A DNA stretch of 64,000 bases, from NCBI GenBank assembly GCA_964016885.1, contig OZ024743.1, positions 282,348,001 to 282,412,000 of the forward strand, given 5' to 3'. Under the pieces are notes generated by a model that saw only the letters and a program-made list of their open reading frames with translations, was not told where the DNA came from and made no database searches. The position numbers and the translations under genes were made by a program. The stretch is from Eledone cirrhosa. Taxonomy: Eukaryota. Every line of letters starts with the position of its first letter. Positions within the stretch are counted from its first letter, which is position 1. Below are positions 52,096 through 64,000 of this stretch, one piece after another.

Positions 52096-52354
52096 CTAAA
52101 GAAAGAAATGCAAAAGACAAAAAAAGAGGAAAGAATAAAAATGTGGCATCAAGGTTTCTTTCCACGCATTTAATTACAATTTTATGATCTCTGAATAAAT
52201 TGGTAGTTGTTTTTTGGAGGTTGTTTTATATTGCTATTCTTTTTTTTTTTTTAGTTCTGTAGCAAACCCACTTCTGTTGCCATCATTGATAAAATATTCA
52301 GCCAATAATTCTGTATTTATATCAATGGTGATAGAATTTGACGAATATACTTAC
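52096..52354 (-). other. Candidate 259-bp intron between non-coding exons (upstream exon 52355-52505)
   Basis: Minus-strand donor GTAAGT at 52354-52349; long polypyrimidine acceptor ttttgcatttctttctttag ending at 52096; TE-free island. Confidence 0.4.
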
Positions 52355-53142
52355 TTTTTTTCTGTATAGTTTCCCTACAGCTTAAGCAGCTGCTGGTAAC
52401 ACTTGTAAATGGCTACTATATATAACTATTCCATCAATAAAATTCTGTTGTCAAGCGAGACCAAAACAAAATGTAAAGGTGTTAGGAATATCCAAGGATT
52501 TAGACCTAAAATATTAAGTGTCTTTCTTTCTTTTTCTTCTTTTTTACCCCAGAAAAATGTTATATGCTGTCAGCTATTCTGGATTTTAAAAGAGTTCATA
52601 GAATCAAAAATACTCATAAGCTTGTAAATATTTTTATAACCTAGTATGGTTAGGATATCATCATCCTTATGTTTATCAGGTTTATTACTGTTTCTTTTTA
52701 TTCCTTGCTGGCATGGGCTGGATGGGACTTTTCGAGACAGAATTTTATGGCCAATATGCTTCCTGATGCCGAGCCTCACATTTTTTTCTTTTCTTTTTTT
52801 TTTCTTTCTATGTAAGGTACAAATCTTCCCATTTCTAGCTGTTGAGAAATAAGCAAATATCACCATCTGTGCAAAGGTGAATGTGAAGAGAAGAGGCATA
52901 GGCAAACAAACACACAGGCACACATATATGTAATGCACTCAATACAGTCTGTAAAATGGCAGGTGTTAGGAAGGCTGTACAAACCACACCAAGCTATGGG
53001 ATGTATGAGGAATACATGGTTATCTGATCTGTTCCGTTTGGACAGTGATAACACCTGCCCAACCCAACCCATGCCAGCATGAAAAACAGACATAAAATGA
53101 TAATGTTGATGATCACACTCACACACACATATTATATATATG

Positions 53143-55460
53143 TAAGAGGATCTTTTACAGAGAACTCCAATTACAAATGACAGAGACCTCATCATCCTAA
53201 CTAGCAACTTCAATGAATAGGTTGGACAGCATCAAGATGGATACACTGGAGCACATAGTGGCTGTGGTTATGGCAAAAGAAATGAAGATTGAGTGAGGCT
53301 CCTAGAATTCTGTGATGCAACACTAACTTCAGGAAACCAACTAATCACTTGATGACCAGCCAATCAAGTGAACACACAAGCCAGATTGACTTTTTACTTG
53401 TTAGAAAACAGAACAAACAAATTGTTATGAATGTTAAATCCTTCTATGGAGAAGAATGCACCACGCAACATAAATTACTTATTTGCGACATCAGAATAAG
53501 CACAAAATGGAACAAGAAATGCAGGAAAATATGAAGGAATGTATGGAAGCTAAAGAACCTCGTTATTAAATATATGGGATGCATTTGACAAGATAGTTGG
53601 ATGTGAGGTACATATGACAAAGAGGACAATTAGAAGTTTCTAAGAGACAACCTAATGCAGGCTACTGACAAGACTTGTACCTGGAGCAAAGCACCAACCA
53701 AACAGAGGGTAACCTGGTGGTGGAACAGCACTGTGGATAGAGGTGGTAAAGAAAGAGTCAAGCGTGAAATACTATTAGGAGAGGTTGCTGAATATGAAGA
53801 ATGAGTGGGAGGAAGAGTGACTACTCGTAGATGGCCTAATAGAGAGACCAACTATCGAAGTTAACAGTTTTAGGGTCAAAAGAACAATTAAGGAGATGAA
53901 AAATGGTAAAGTCACTGGACTGTCAGAGTTAGTTGCTGAGATGCTGAAATCGTCTTGGGAAGTAGAAGCCAAACTGGTCATCAATGTAATCAATCAGGTA
54001 ATACATGATAGGGTCATACCTAATTAATGGTGTAGTAGTATACCCATTAATTGTTAAAAAGCAAAAGGTGATGCACTAGAAAGAAGCAACTACAGGGATA
54101 TAAAACTGATGGATCAAGTTATGAAAATGATAGAAAGGGTTTTAGCACAACTAATTAGGGAAAGAATTAAATTAGATGAGATGAAGTTTGGTTTTGTGTC
54201 AGGGAGTAGCATCACAGGTGTTATCTTTTCAGTGAAACAACTACAAAAGAAGTTCCTAAGTGTAAGCCACAATATCTAGCATTTGTTTATCTGGAGAAAG
54301 CTTTTGACAGAGTACCACAATCTGTCGTCTGATGGTCCTTAAGGAAACCAAGCAAAGATGAATGGTATGTGAGAGCAGTGCATACCATGTAGAAAGGAGC
54401 TCTCAGCAAGGTGAGGGTAGGAAATGAGTTTAGCATGGAATTTAATGTGCAAGTAGGTGTTCATCATAATTCAGTCTTCAGTCCACTCCAGTTTATTGTA
54501 GTCCTCCAAGCCATAACAGAGGAGTTTAAGACAGGCTATCCATGGGAACTTCTATATGTTAATGAACTAGTTCTAATAGCTGTATCAGTGGAAGAGTTAG
54601 AGAAGAAATTCCAGCTTTGAAAAGAGAAATTAATGAATAAAGGGCTTCGAGTAAACTTAAGAAAACCCAAGTTTTGATGAGCAGGCAAGAAAAGTCACCC
54701 TGATCCCACCTGGAAAGTGACCCTGCTTGATATGTAGAAAAGGAATAGGTTGGAGTTCTATACAATGTACACAATGTAAATCTTGCTCACACAATAGGTA
54801 TAGTGGAATAGCAGGCAACCCAAAGGTAAATGTATGTGGCAGATGTATAGGGATAGTTGGTAATAAGAACATCAGGGAAATAAACTTCTTCCAATTCCAG
54901 GAAGGATCCATAGAAGTGATTGATAGTTTTTGTTACCTAAGTAATCTAATTAGCAGTGGAGGATGTTGCAATGAGAGCATAGTAGCTTGGAAAAGAACAG
55001 GATGGAAAAGGTTCAGGAAGCTACTAGTTCTGTTGGCAACAAGAGGTTTCCCTTTATGAAAAAAAGGCTGGCTGTATGATGCCTGTGTGTAAAGTGCAAT
55101 ATTGCATGGCAGTGAGACATGAGTAATGAATGTAGATGATATACAAGGGTTAGAGAGAAATGAAATGAGCATGCTTCAATGGATGTGCAATGCTGATGTG
55201 CATGGATGAACTGAGAGAAAAGCTGCATATAAGAAGATTCAGATATCATGTGTAGGAGAGAAGACTGAAATGGTATGATTCTTAGGTGAACAAGTGCCAA
55301 GAAATCCCAGTGGAAGAAAGTTGCGGTAGAGAGAGACCAAGGAAGACAGCAAAGGTTATGAGAGTTGATCTCAAATTGCTGAAGCTCACAGAGGAGATTA
55401 CAAAGGGTTGCAATGAGTGGAGGGATGCTGTGCTGGAAAATAACTGTCCAGATACACATA
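53143..55460 (+). mobile_element. Old RTE family C (endonuclease C-terminus and RT with PHD-like finger)
   Basis: SQIDFLL, YRDIKL, EKAFDRVP, ICRKGIGWSSIQCTQC, SFCYLS, LHGSET. Confidence 0.85.
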
Positions 55461-56224
55461 TGACTTCCCAAACATCATTTACTTATGACAATACAACTAT
55501 AAAGTTTTGCACATAATAAGGTAGAAATTTTCTCCATATTTACCTCATTCCCAAGAGTGGTGTGTTTTCAAGGTATTTTCAGAGAAGAACAAGTCAGTTT
55601 TATGGGCATTGTAAACCTATGATAAAGTAAGCCTTCAGATCTTATAAATTCATTCATAAATGTTCTAAATTGATCAATCTGTTAAGTGCTTTCACTTAAA
55701 TATTAACTACAAGTTTTCTATTTCACAATGCAATGCCTTTTTCTAAAATACCAAAGTCACCTATCACTTTCATTCATATTTGGTCTTGTTATTTTCCAAG
55801 GATTTCACTACACATTTCAACACAAGACTTCATACATTAACACCACTGGAATAGAATGGACCTCCATTAGTTTTGAGAATAAGTGTTCCTGTTGTTTGAT
55901 CAATGCAACAGACTGCTCATGAAATTACAGGCAAGCGGCTGATCATTCCACAGACACATGTACTCTTAACATAAATTCTCAGAGAGATTGAGTGTGACAC
56001 GGTATGCGATGAAGTCAGTCCTTTGAATTTATAGGTACAATCAATCTAACAGACTTCCAAACAGATTCTGTATATCCAATTTGACTTACTAGGCTTGGAG
56101 TAATCTGAGCTTAAGGTAAATGATACTGGCCCAAAATAGACCATAGTAGGATGGAACCTGTGTCCTTATAGCAAAGCAAACTTTTCAACTATTCAGCCAT
56201 GCTACATTCACTAACACAACTAGA

Positions 56225-57187
56225 TCATCATCATCATTTTACGTCCGCTTTTCCCTGCTTGCAAGGGTCTATTCAGCACAGCATCTCTCCACTTGTCACG
56301 GTCCTTCATCATCTCCTCCGTGAGCTTCAGCAATCTGAGGTCTGCTCTCACCTGCTTGCAAGGGTGGGACAGGTCCTATTCAGCACAGCATCTCTCCACT
56401 TATCACGGTCCTTCATCATCTCCTCTGTGAGCTTCAGCAATCTGAGGTCTGCTCTCACCACCTCCGCTCATGTTTTTCGCGGTTTTCCTCTACTGGGATT
56501 TCTAGGTACTTCTTTACCCAGCGGTCATCCTCCATGTGCATCACATGTCCATACCATCTCAGTCTTCTCTCCCGCACACTACAACTTATCTCTCTTATAC
56601 ACAGTTTCTCTCTCAACTCATCCATACTTGGTCGTTCATGTACATTGACATTACACATCTAACGGAGCATGTTTGCTTCATTTCTCTCCAGCCGTCGCAT
56701 ATCCTCTGCAGTTGCTGCCTATGTCTCACTACCATGTAGCATCGCACATCTCACACAGGCATCATATAACCGGCCTTTCGCACAGCAGAGGAAGCAGCTC
56801 CCTAAACTTCTTCCAACCCGTCCTTATTCTAGATACTATGGCCTCGAAACCCCTCCCCCATGCTAATCTGATCACCTAGGTACTGGAAGCTATCAACTAC
56901 TTCTATAGAACCTACCTGCATTTGAAAAATGTGTCTATCAATGCGACTTCTACTGTCAAACTTCCCTGTACATCTACTGCATACATATTTTTCCCTACCT
57001 GTTAGTTTGCCTGCTATCCCACTACATCTTTTGTGTACCCAAGATCTGCATTGTGTACATTTTATAGAATTTATGCCAGTTCCTTTTTTGCATATCGAAT
57101 ATGGCCATTTCCCTGGCAGAATCAGAGTTTTGTCCTCTTTTCTACTTATCAACACTTTTGTCTTAGCTAGGTTCACTCTCAGTCCTC
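56225..57187 (-). mobile_element. RTE family B 3' part with a duplicated terminal ~100 bp
   Basis: KTKVLI..GKWPYSICKKGTGINSIKCTQCRSWVHKRC...CSRC; FQYLGD; RRLRWYGHV. Confidence 0.9.
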
Positions 57188-58661
57188 TATTAATAGTATT
57201 TATATATGGATTCTTCTGTTTTTATCCAACTCAACTTTCACTCTCTACTGAAGAAACACTTGCAATTTTGTTTTGAATTTGCATATATTAGAAACAGTTT
57301 TTTTTTTATATTTTAACCTCTCGAAACATGTGGGACATCTTGTTCTAATTTATCATTTAGCACTAATTTCTGTGCCACATTCAAGTACACGCCCTTCCTT
57401 TTATCTCCTCTATCACTTGATGACATTTTGAATTGTAAGGTTTGCAAAATCTTTGAATAATTAAGTTATGACCCAGAAACCACTCTGAACACAATCTAAC
57501 TGCATGACTTTGAGATAGACTGAGTCTGGAAGCAAGCCTGCCCAATGCTACTCAAAACAAATACAATATGAAATGTGTACAGTCCCATCCACATAGACAA
57601 ACACACACAAATATGTATACTCCTTATGGTGTTAAGCCGGTCTGTTGCAAGATTAACCCTCTAGTGGATGTTAATGGGAATTCTTTTTTCCTCTGAGTAG
57701 ACTGGAGCAACAGGAAATGCTTAGCTCAAATATACAAATCACCACTTGGGGATGGGTCTCATGACATTAGAATGATGAGCTGAACACCTTAACTATTAGG
57801 CTGTGCACTCATTTTAGTAAAGTAGTAGAGTGACTGAATAGAGTTCAGTGTAGAATAATGCAAGTTGTTAACAATGTGAATTAAACAGTGAGAAATAGCC
57901 TAACTTCAGCTTATCTCTTGAGTATTGAATGTACAAGAGGTGGAAAGAAATATAACCATTATGATATACCAGTTTGACAGGAAATCATCACAACTAGAAA
58001 GAAAAAATATAAAGCTGCTATTTATTTCACTGTAAGTCAATGAATAAAGAGAAAAGGTTACTTGATGTAAGATTTTCTGATGATGCCCATTTTATATATA
58101 TAGTGTTACTTTCAATGACATGAATTAAATTATGAGGAGGAACAAATATGATATGGGTCAATGTCTCTCTTAAGGATTATTTTCACATACACATATACAT
58201 ATATGTATTCATACACACGTGTGTGTGTATGAATATAGAAAGGTAGCAAGGAAATGATGACTTTAAATATATGATGATGATGGTGATATTTGCAGTCACA
58301 CCCAAATACACATATACATGTACAATTCTTAGTTGAGATTGAAAATCCTATATAAGATAGCTTAAAAATAACCAAGATAATTAGTATTCATTGGTATACT
58401 AAACAAAATAGATTTTATTTTATAAAGACACATGCAGAATAACTTATTCACTTTTCATTTATCTTGTGGTGCCAAATGTTTAGTCACACCTCTGCATCCT
58501 GGTTATTGACACAATTCTACTGCAATGTACCCATAATTTCAACAAGTTGAGACTAGAAAACCCAATTTCTATAAAAGCTACCCAGAAACTAACTTTTAAC
58601 CCTTTCATTAGGATTATAATTTTCAAATAGTTTTGAAAATAATAACAATTTTGGAGGGATT

Positions 58662-59003
58662 TCATCATCATTTTTACATCCGCTTTTCCCCTGCTTGCAA
58701 GGGTGGGACGGGAACTGATTCTGGCTTGATTTCTACAGCTGGATGCCCTTCCTAACACCAACCTCATTTACAGGGAGTGCTGGGTGCTTTTTTTCTGTGG
58801 CGCCTACACGTCCGCCCAGTGTGGGCTGGGTGCTTTTTTTTTTTTTTGCCGTGGCACCTCTACGACCACTTAGCAGTGAGTAAACTGGAACAATGTGAAA
58901 TATAGTGTCTTGCTCAAAGAAACAGCACATCCCCCAGTCTGAGAATTGAACTCACAACCTTTCGATTGCAAGGCCAATGCTCTAACCACTAAGCCATGTG
59001 CCT
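58662..59003 (-). mobile_element. SINE family 1, full length, B-type tail
   Basis: tRNA-like head with A/B boxes, CORE-like segment, subrepeats, tail cccacccttgcaagcaggggaaaagcggatgtaaaaatgatgatg. Confidence 0.85.
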
Positions 59004-59049
59004 TCATTTAGTAATATAATTAGCGTTTTCAATATTAAAATGATGTTTA

Positions 59050-59271
59050 GGGCGGTGGATTGGCAGTGTCGGTAAAGAGTCGGACACCATGCTTTGCAAC
59101 ATAGTTACGGCCCTTTACTGTCTGAGTTCAAATCCCACCAAGGTTAACTTTGCCTTTCATCCTTACAGGGTCGATAAAATAAAGGACCAGTAACGTACTG
59201 GGGTCGATTGAATCGACTTTCCCCTCCCCCCCCAAATTACTGGCCTTGTGCCTATACTAGAAATCATTATT
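59050..59271 (+). mobile_element. SINE family 2 (best-preserved copy)
   Basis: B box gagttcaaatc; central tttgcctttcatccttacagggtcgataaaataaaggaccag; ends attatt. Confidence 0.8.
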
Positions 59272-60421
59272 AAAGTGATGTTTGGAACATACCTTAAATG
59301 AAATTATTATAGGTTATTAGATATAAACATTGTGAAACGAACAGATTTGTATTGTAGAATAAGACCTTTTTCAGATGGTTGGATATCAAAAAGGTTAAAT
59401 AGTTACCGGGCAATTATGCCAGTGACCAGGTTACAGTTATGACGAAAATTTTGACACCTTGAAATAAATAAAAAGTGAATGAAACAGTCAGTGTGTGTGT
59501 GCGCGCGCGCCTGTTTTAAATAGTTAAAATGGCTTTTACTCATGTTCTGAGATAAGGTCAGCTGCCAAACAAGCACAACTCTAAAATATATTTTTTGTAT
59601 TTAACTGGTTTGAAACCAATTGCACGAAACTCGTTCTATAAAAGTATTTCTTTTAAATTGCGTATATTTATCTAAAAATCTTCCATCATAATTTTGTTTA
59701 AGAACCTTTATTAAGTTCCAAACACTGGGTCAATAATCAGAAAGTTAGTTATATTATTTAATCTCTTCAAATTTTTCACCTTTTTCAAAATGAATTAGAT
59801 ACCGTAGATAGTGTCTTTCATTAAAAAAATTCATGAATAATATGGTTGACTTGAATGGAGTCCTGTATGATATAGAGCAAATTATTACCGATGAGAAATA
59901 GCTAAATCTCAGGTTATCTCCCTTGCTTGTTATTTTTATGTTCAGCACCCCTAGAGTTTTTTGTCTACAAATTGCTTAGATGAGGTCAGTTAGTTGAGGT
60001 TATTTTTCATATGTGAGACCCTAGCTTAGCAACTTTACCATTGTATTCAAAGTCAAAATAAAAGTTGAATATTTTTGTTTTTTTAATTAACTAGTTGGAA
60101 GAAGAGCTATGTCCATGAACATTGTAGACCTTATAACCCCAGAATGGTAAAATCACTGCAATTGACACTGGTAGAATCATTAGATTGTTGGACTATGCCT
60201 TGAGGTATTTGTTCTAAGCTCAAATCCCACCGAAGTCAATTTTGCTTTTCATCTTTCCAGATTGATAATATACCAGTCAAATACTGAGTTTGATTTAATC
60301 AATACAATAAAAATTGTTGGTCTTGTGTTTAAATATATTAAGGGCAGGTGATTGGTAGAATTGTTGTCATGTTGAGCAAAATGTCCTTCATTCATACCGG
60401 GTGGATAAAGTACCAGTCAAG

Positions 60422-60691
60422 CCTAAAGTCTGTCTCAAGCCAGAAGGCTTATCTCGGTTTTGTGGTGTGAAGCAACTGAAAGTACAAGACTCCCTCTGGA
60501 CTGGATGCCAATCCATCACAGGGTTAAACCACCAGCTGTTTCTGGTACTCATTTTCAGCTGAGTATGCTGGAGCTACATGAAATGAAGTGTTTTGCTCAA
60601 GAACACAACACGCAACCCAGCACAGGAATCAAACCCATGATACTATGATCGTAAGCCCAACACTCTTATCACTAGGCCACGCACCAGCATG
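60422..60691 (-). mobile_element. SINE family 4 nested in a family-2 SINE
   Basis: TSD ACCAGTCAAG (60412-60421, 60692-60701); head gtggcctagtgataagag; CORE-like segment followed by cctgtgatggattggcatccagtccagaggg. Confidence 0.7.
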
Positions 60692-61304
60692 ACCAGTCAA
60701 GTATTGGGGATTAATTCAATGAAATGTCTCCTTCCACTAAATTTCTGACCTGTTAGAAAGAATTACTACTATTGTTATTCATAATACTTGAACGTTGCTG
60801 TGAATAGATAACTGTAAACAGCTCCCACAAAGAAAGGATTTTTACCTAGATTATTTAATGCAATGAGTGTATTGAATTTAGAAGAGGTACGCTATATCTC
60901 TACATGTCATAGAGTAGAAGAGCTGGCACCAAGAAGTAAATCTGGCTGTGAAAAACTGCCTAAAAAAAGACCCCATGTTGTGTGACTCACAAGGCTAACT
61001 CCTACTTTTGTTTGTGGGGTTAGGTGTTTTTGTTTGTTTGATTATTAAACAAAAGGTTTTCTGATTTATTAAAATTCCACCTCACTCTACAGTAGAAAAC
61101 TGTATGCATAATATAGACAGGCTGCCATTTATATACTTTTATTCTTTTACTAGTTTCAGTAATTACACTAAAACTAGGCTGAGTCACTGCCTTGAAGGGA
61201 TCCAGCCAATATCAACTCCAGTGCTTATTTGATCAATCTCTACTTCTTTAACTGAAATATTACAAGACAGAAACAAATAGTAAACATAAGCAGACACACA
61301 CATA

Positions 61305-61760
61305 TCATTATTAAAATTTTGTCAGTTTTTCCATGTTTGCTTGGGTTGGACAGTTCTTTTCCAGCACAGCTTCCATTCACTATTTCCTCTGAATATTTTG
61401 AGATCAGCTCTCACAACTGCTCAGATTTTCACTACTCCAGCTTCCTTCTATAATCCATGTCTCACTGCCATACAGCATAGCACTTCTCACATAGGTATCA
61501 TACAATCTATACCTTTCACTTATAGAGAGAAGCCCTTTGTTGTCAATGAACTTATTCTATCCAATTCTTATTTTAGATATTATGCTTTCTGAGCAACCTC
61601 CTTCACTGTTAATTAGGTCACATAGGTAACAGAAACTATCAAGTACTTCTATACCTTCCCAGGGTTGGAAAGAGTTTATTTTATCAACTATCAAGTGTAC
61701 CTTTTCTGGTAACCGACCTATGTAGGCTGTATCTGTTTCCTTTCATACCCAGTTTATCTT
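61305..61760 (-). mobile_element. Old RTE 3' fragment
   Basis: Degenerate SFCYL, KGFSL and AMLYGSETW equivalents. Confidence 0.55.
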
Positions 61761-61829
61761 TCAACTCATTTGTGCTTTATCATTCATATAAATATACATA
61801 TCCCTTTTGATTTTTTTTTTCAACTATCA

Positions 61830-62440
61830 AGCCAGATCACTTTTTTTTAATTGGTTTGGTCTTGAAGTCTGTGCACATGGCCTTTGCAGAGCCCCTAAGA
61901 CTAGTGTAATTGATGCAGTTAATATTCTACTTAAAATGTACAGGGAAAGGAATTCCAGAGGGTTTGCATTATGCAAAGGAAGTACTGAGCATAGTGAGTA
62001 GTGCAAGGTCTGAGGTGAAACCAGTGAGTTGGGAGTGCCTGAGCCGAGGAGGCATAGGACCAATCAGCTCTGAAGAGAATAGGTTACAGTAGTAGTAGCA
62101 GAAAAGGTAAAAAGAGGAGCCAACATGCCTATGGACTAAGGGTTGGAGTGTGTTAGCAACTTCAAGTTAATCAGTTGACTGACCTTTCTTTAGATGTGGT
62201 TTATGTCTATGAGCATGTAGCAGAAGTACTGTCCCAGATATGGGAGCAGTATTTCATTATAGACACAGCTGTGCTTTCTTAAGGGTTAATAATTGTTAGG
62301 GGCTAAAGTATTTTCTGACTTAGAAGTGCAAGTCTTAGGTTTGTTGAAGTGCATACACCAAGAAAGGTCATCTTTGACAGCGAGGCCTAGCATTTGAAGC
62401 AAATGAAGGAGGGTTCTAATTGCATGCTGTTTGTGTTTAA
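61830..62440 (-). mobile_element. Crack/Daphne/L2-group LINE 3' fragment
   Basis: LGLAVKDDLSW, YFSP.QLLTL, MKYCSHIW, LQPLVHRHVGSSFYLFCYYYC..SSEL. Confidence 0.65.
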
Positions 62441-63841
62441 GTGAAGAGGTGATGGGAATGTTTTCGACATGTGCAGTTTATTTATTTTGCTAAAGACCAC
62501 ATTGGATGATGTTTTCGAGGACAATGTTCATGTTTATATACAGATGAGAGAGAGAGAGAGAGAGAGAGATCTAGGTATAGTGGATCATGATGATCTCTAT
62601 AGTTATGTAACTATCTCATATATATATATATATATGAGAGAGTTACATATATGTGTGTGTGTGTGTGAAGATACACATATGCATATATACAAATATACTA
62701 GCTATATAGTAGCTATACGGAGTGACAGGGCGAGATGCAAGCAAACATTACAATTTTGTGTACGTGTGTCTGTCTTGCTGTCAGTTCCTGAGATTTCCGC
62801 TCAGATATACACACACAAACTATGAACATGTACTTTTTCTCTCTCTCTCTAAACCGTTGTTATCGGCTTCTCTTTTCTTTTAAATTTGTCAGAACATTTA
62901 CGAATACAGCAGTATGACAATTAAACTATACAGAGACGCATTCTTTTTTTATTAAAGACATTATTTTTTAAACATTCAATCAGCAATATCTATAGCTTAA
63001 ATAGGTTACAAATATATCACATATCGCAACTGTTAAAGTAACGATAGTTACATTTGTCCGAAAACATCGTCTATCATTATGGGCTTAGACCATCACCAGT
63101 GTGTGTGTGAATATACGACGATGCTACAACAGTTAATAATAAAAAAAAAACGTTTACCAAGAAGGGGAAAAATACAACACAAATATTTCAACTTTCCACA
63201 TGTGATTTTCAACGTATAGATGTTTCATTAATGTGATTATTAATCTGGTCAATTAGTATATTTCGAAGCAGTTAAAGAACGTAAATAATAAACAATCTAC
63301 TGTTTATATATATATATGTCGATTTTAGGTATAATGCATAGCTAGCTTACGTAATAAACGTTAAAATAATGTAATTATTTTGAATAGTGGAGGAAATGTA
63401 TTACTACTAATAGGATAGCGACATAGCAAAATACAAAAGTTACTACTAGTTGTGAGTGAGATTACACACAAAAAGACAATAGGCTACAATATTAATGAGG
63501 TAAATTGAATTGGATACAATAATTTAACAGAGAAGTATAGTAATATAAGAAAGTAATTGATATTTTCAGAGTAAATCGAAATAGTAAACAATTGGTAAAC
63601 ACTTCGCCAAATTTAAAGGAATACAACCAAGCAACTCATACATGCGTAAAACGTAAACAGTAATGGTAGTAAGCGCCAACACTAGATTTGAAGTATTTTC
63701 AGAAATTGGTTTTTACAGGATGCTTTTTTTTCTCTCTTCTTTTGAACTATATTTTATACAGTAGTTGTCCAATGTGTATAGTAAGTGAAAAATAATGTAA
63801 TAATAAATCGCGACATTTATTAGTCTAGCTCTAAGACTCAC

Positions 63842-63979
63842 AATATAGTTAAATTGTTCTCCCGCCGGTTAATAGGTCTGAGGTTGAATGAAATAGGCTG
63901 CGCGCGCAGACACGCGTGCAGGGTATTGTGGGAGAAGCTTGATGGGTCTCCAGTCCGCCATGATGAAAGCAACTATTCC
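63842..63979 (-). other. Candidate 138-bp exon containing a 30-codon small ORF (MADWRPIKLLPQYPARVSARAAYFIQPQTY*)
   Basis: Acceptor catatttgcAG, donor GTGAGT at 63841; GC/CpG-rich relative to its flanks; ATG in ATCATGG context. Confidence 0.45.
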
Positions 63980-64000
63980 CTGCAAATATGATAAAAATAT

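Larger units (their letters stand above)
58596..59398. mobile_element. piggyBac MITE family 2 containing two nested SINEs
   Basis: TTAA|CCCTTTCATTA left end, ..AAAAAGG|TTAA right end. Confidence 0.55.

Noticed and set aside
58930-59003. tRNA gene
   Set aside because: A and B boxes are present but it continues into a SINE body in several copies and lacks a complete cloverleaf; it is a SINE head.

Overview
Eukaryotic, AT-rich, repeat-saturated animal DNA. The SINE, RTE and microsatellite content suggests a cephalopod such as Octopus; this is an inference, not proven. I found no recognisable host protein-coding exon. Most of the window is transposon-derived: several RTE-clade LINE families, CR1/Crack-group LINEs, a GIY-YIG Penelope-like element with a hammerhead-like motif, tRNA-derived SINEs, a deleted mariner, a hAT transposase fossil, hAT/mariner/piggyBac MITEs, a non-autonomous Helitron, a Gypsy remnant and a 3.5-kb 26-bp minisatellite. 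Main observations: (1) three RTE families carry a C4HC3 PHD-type finger inserted inside the RT domain, while another RTE fragment in the same window lacks it; (2) one SINE body occurs with either of two LINE-derived 3' tails; (3) (GAT)n-tailed retroposons repeatedly sit in (TA)n microsatellites; (4) candidate minus-strand exons and a CpG-retaining right end suggest the window lies in the 5' introns of a large gene or lncRNA. Boundaries of decayed elements are approximate.
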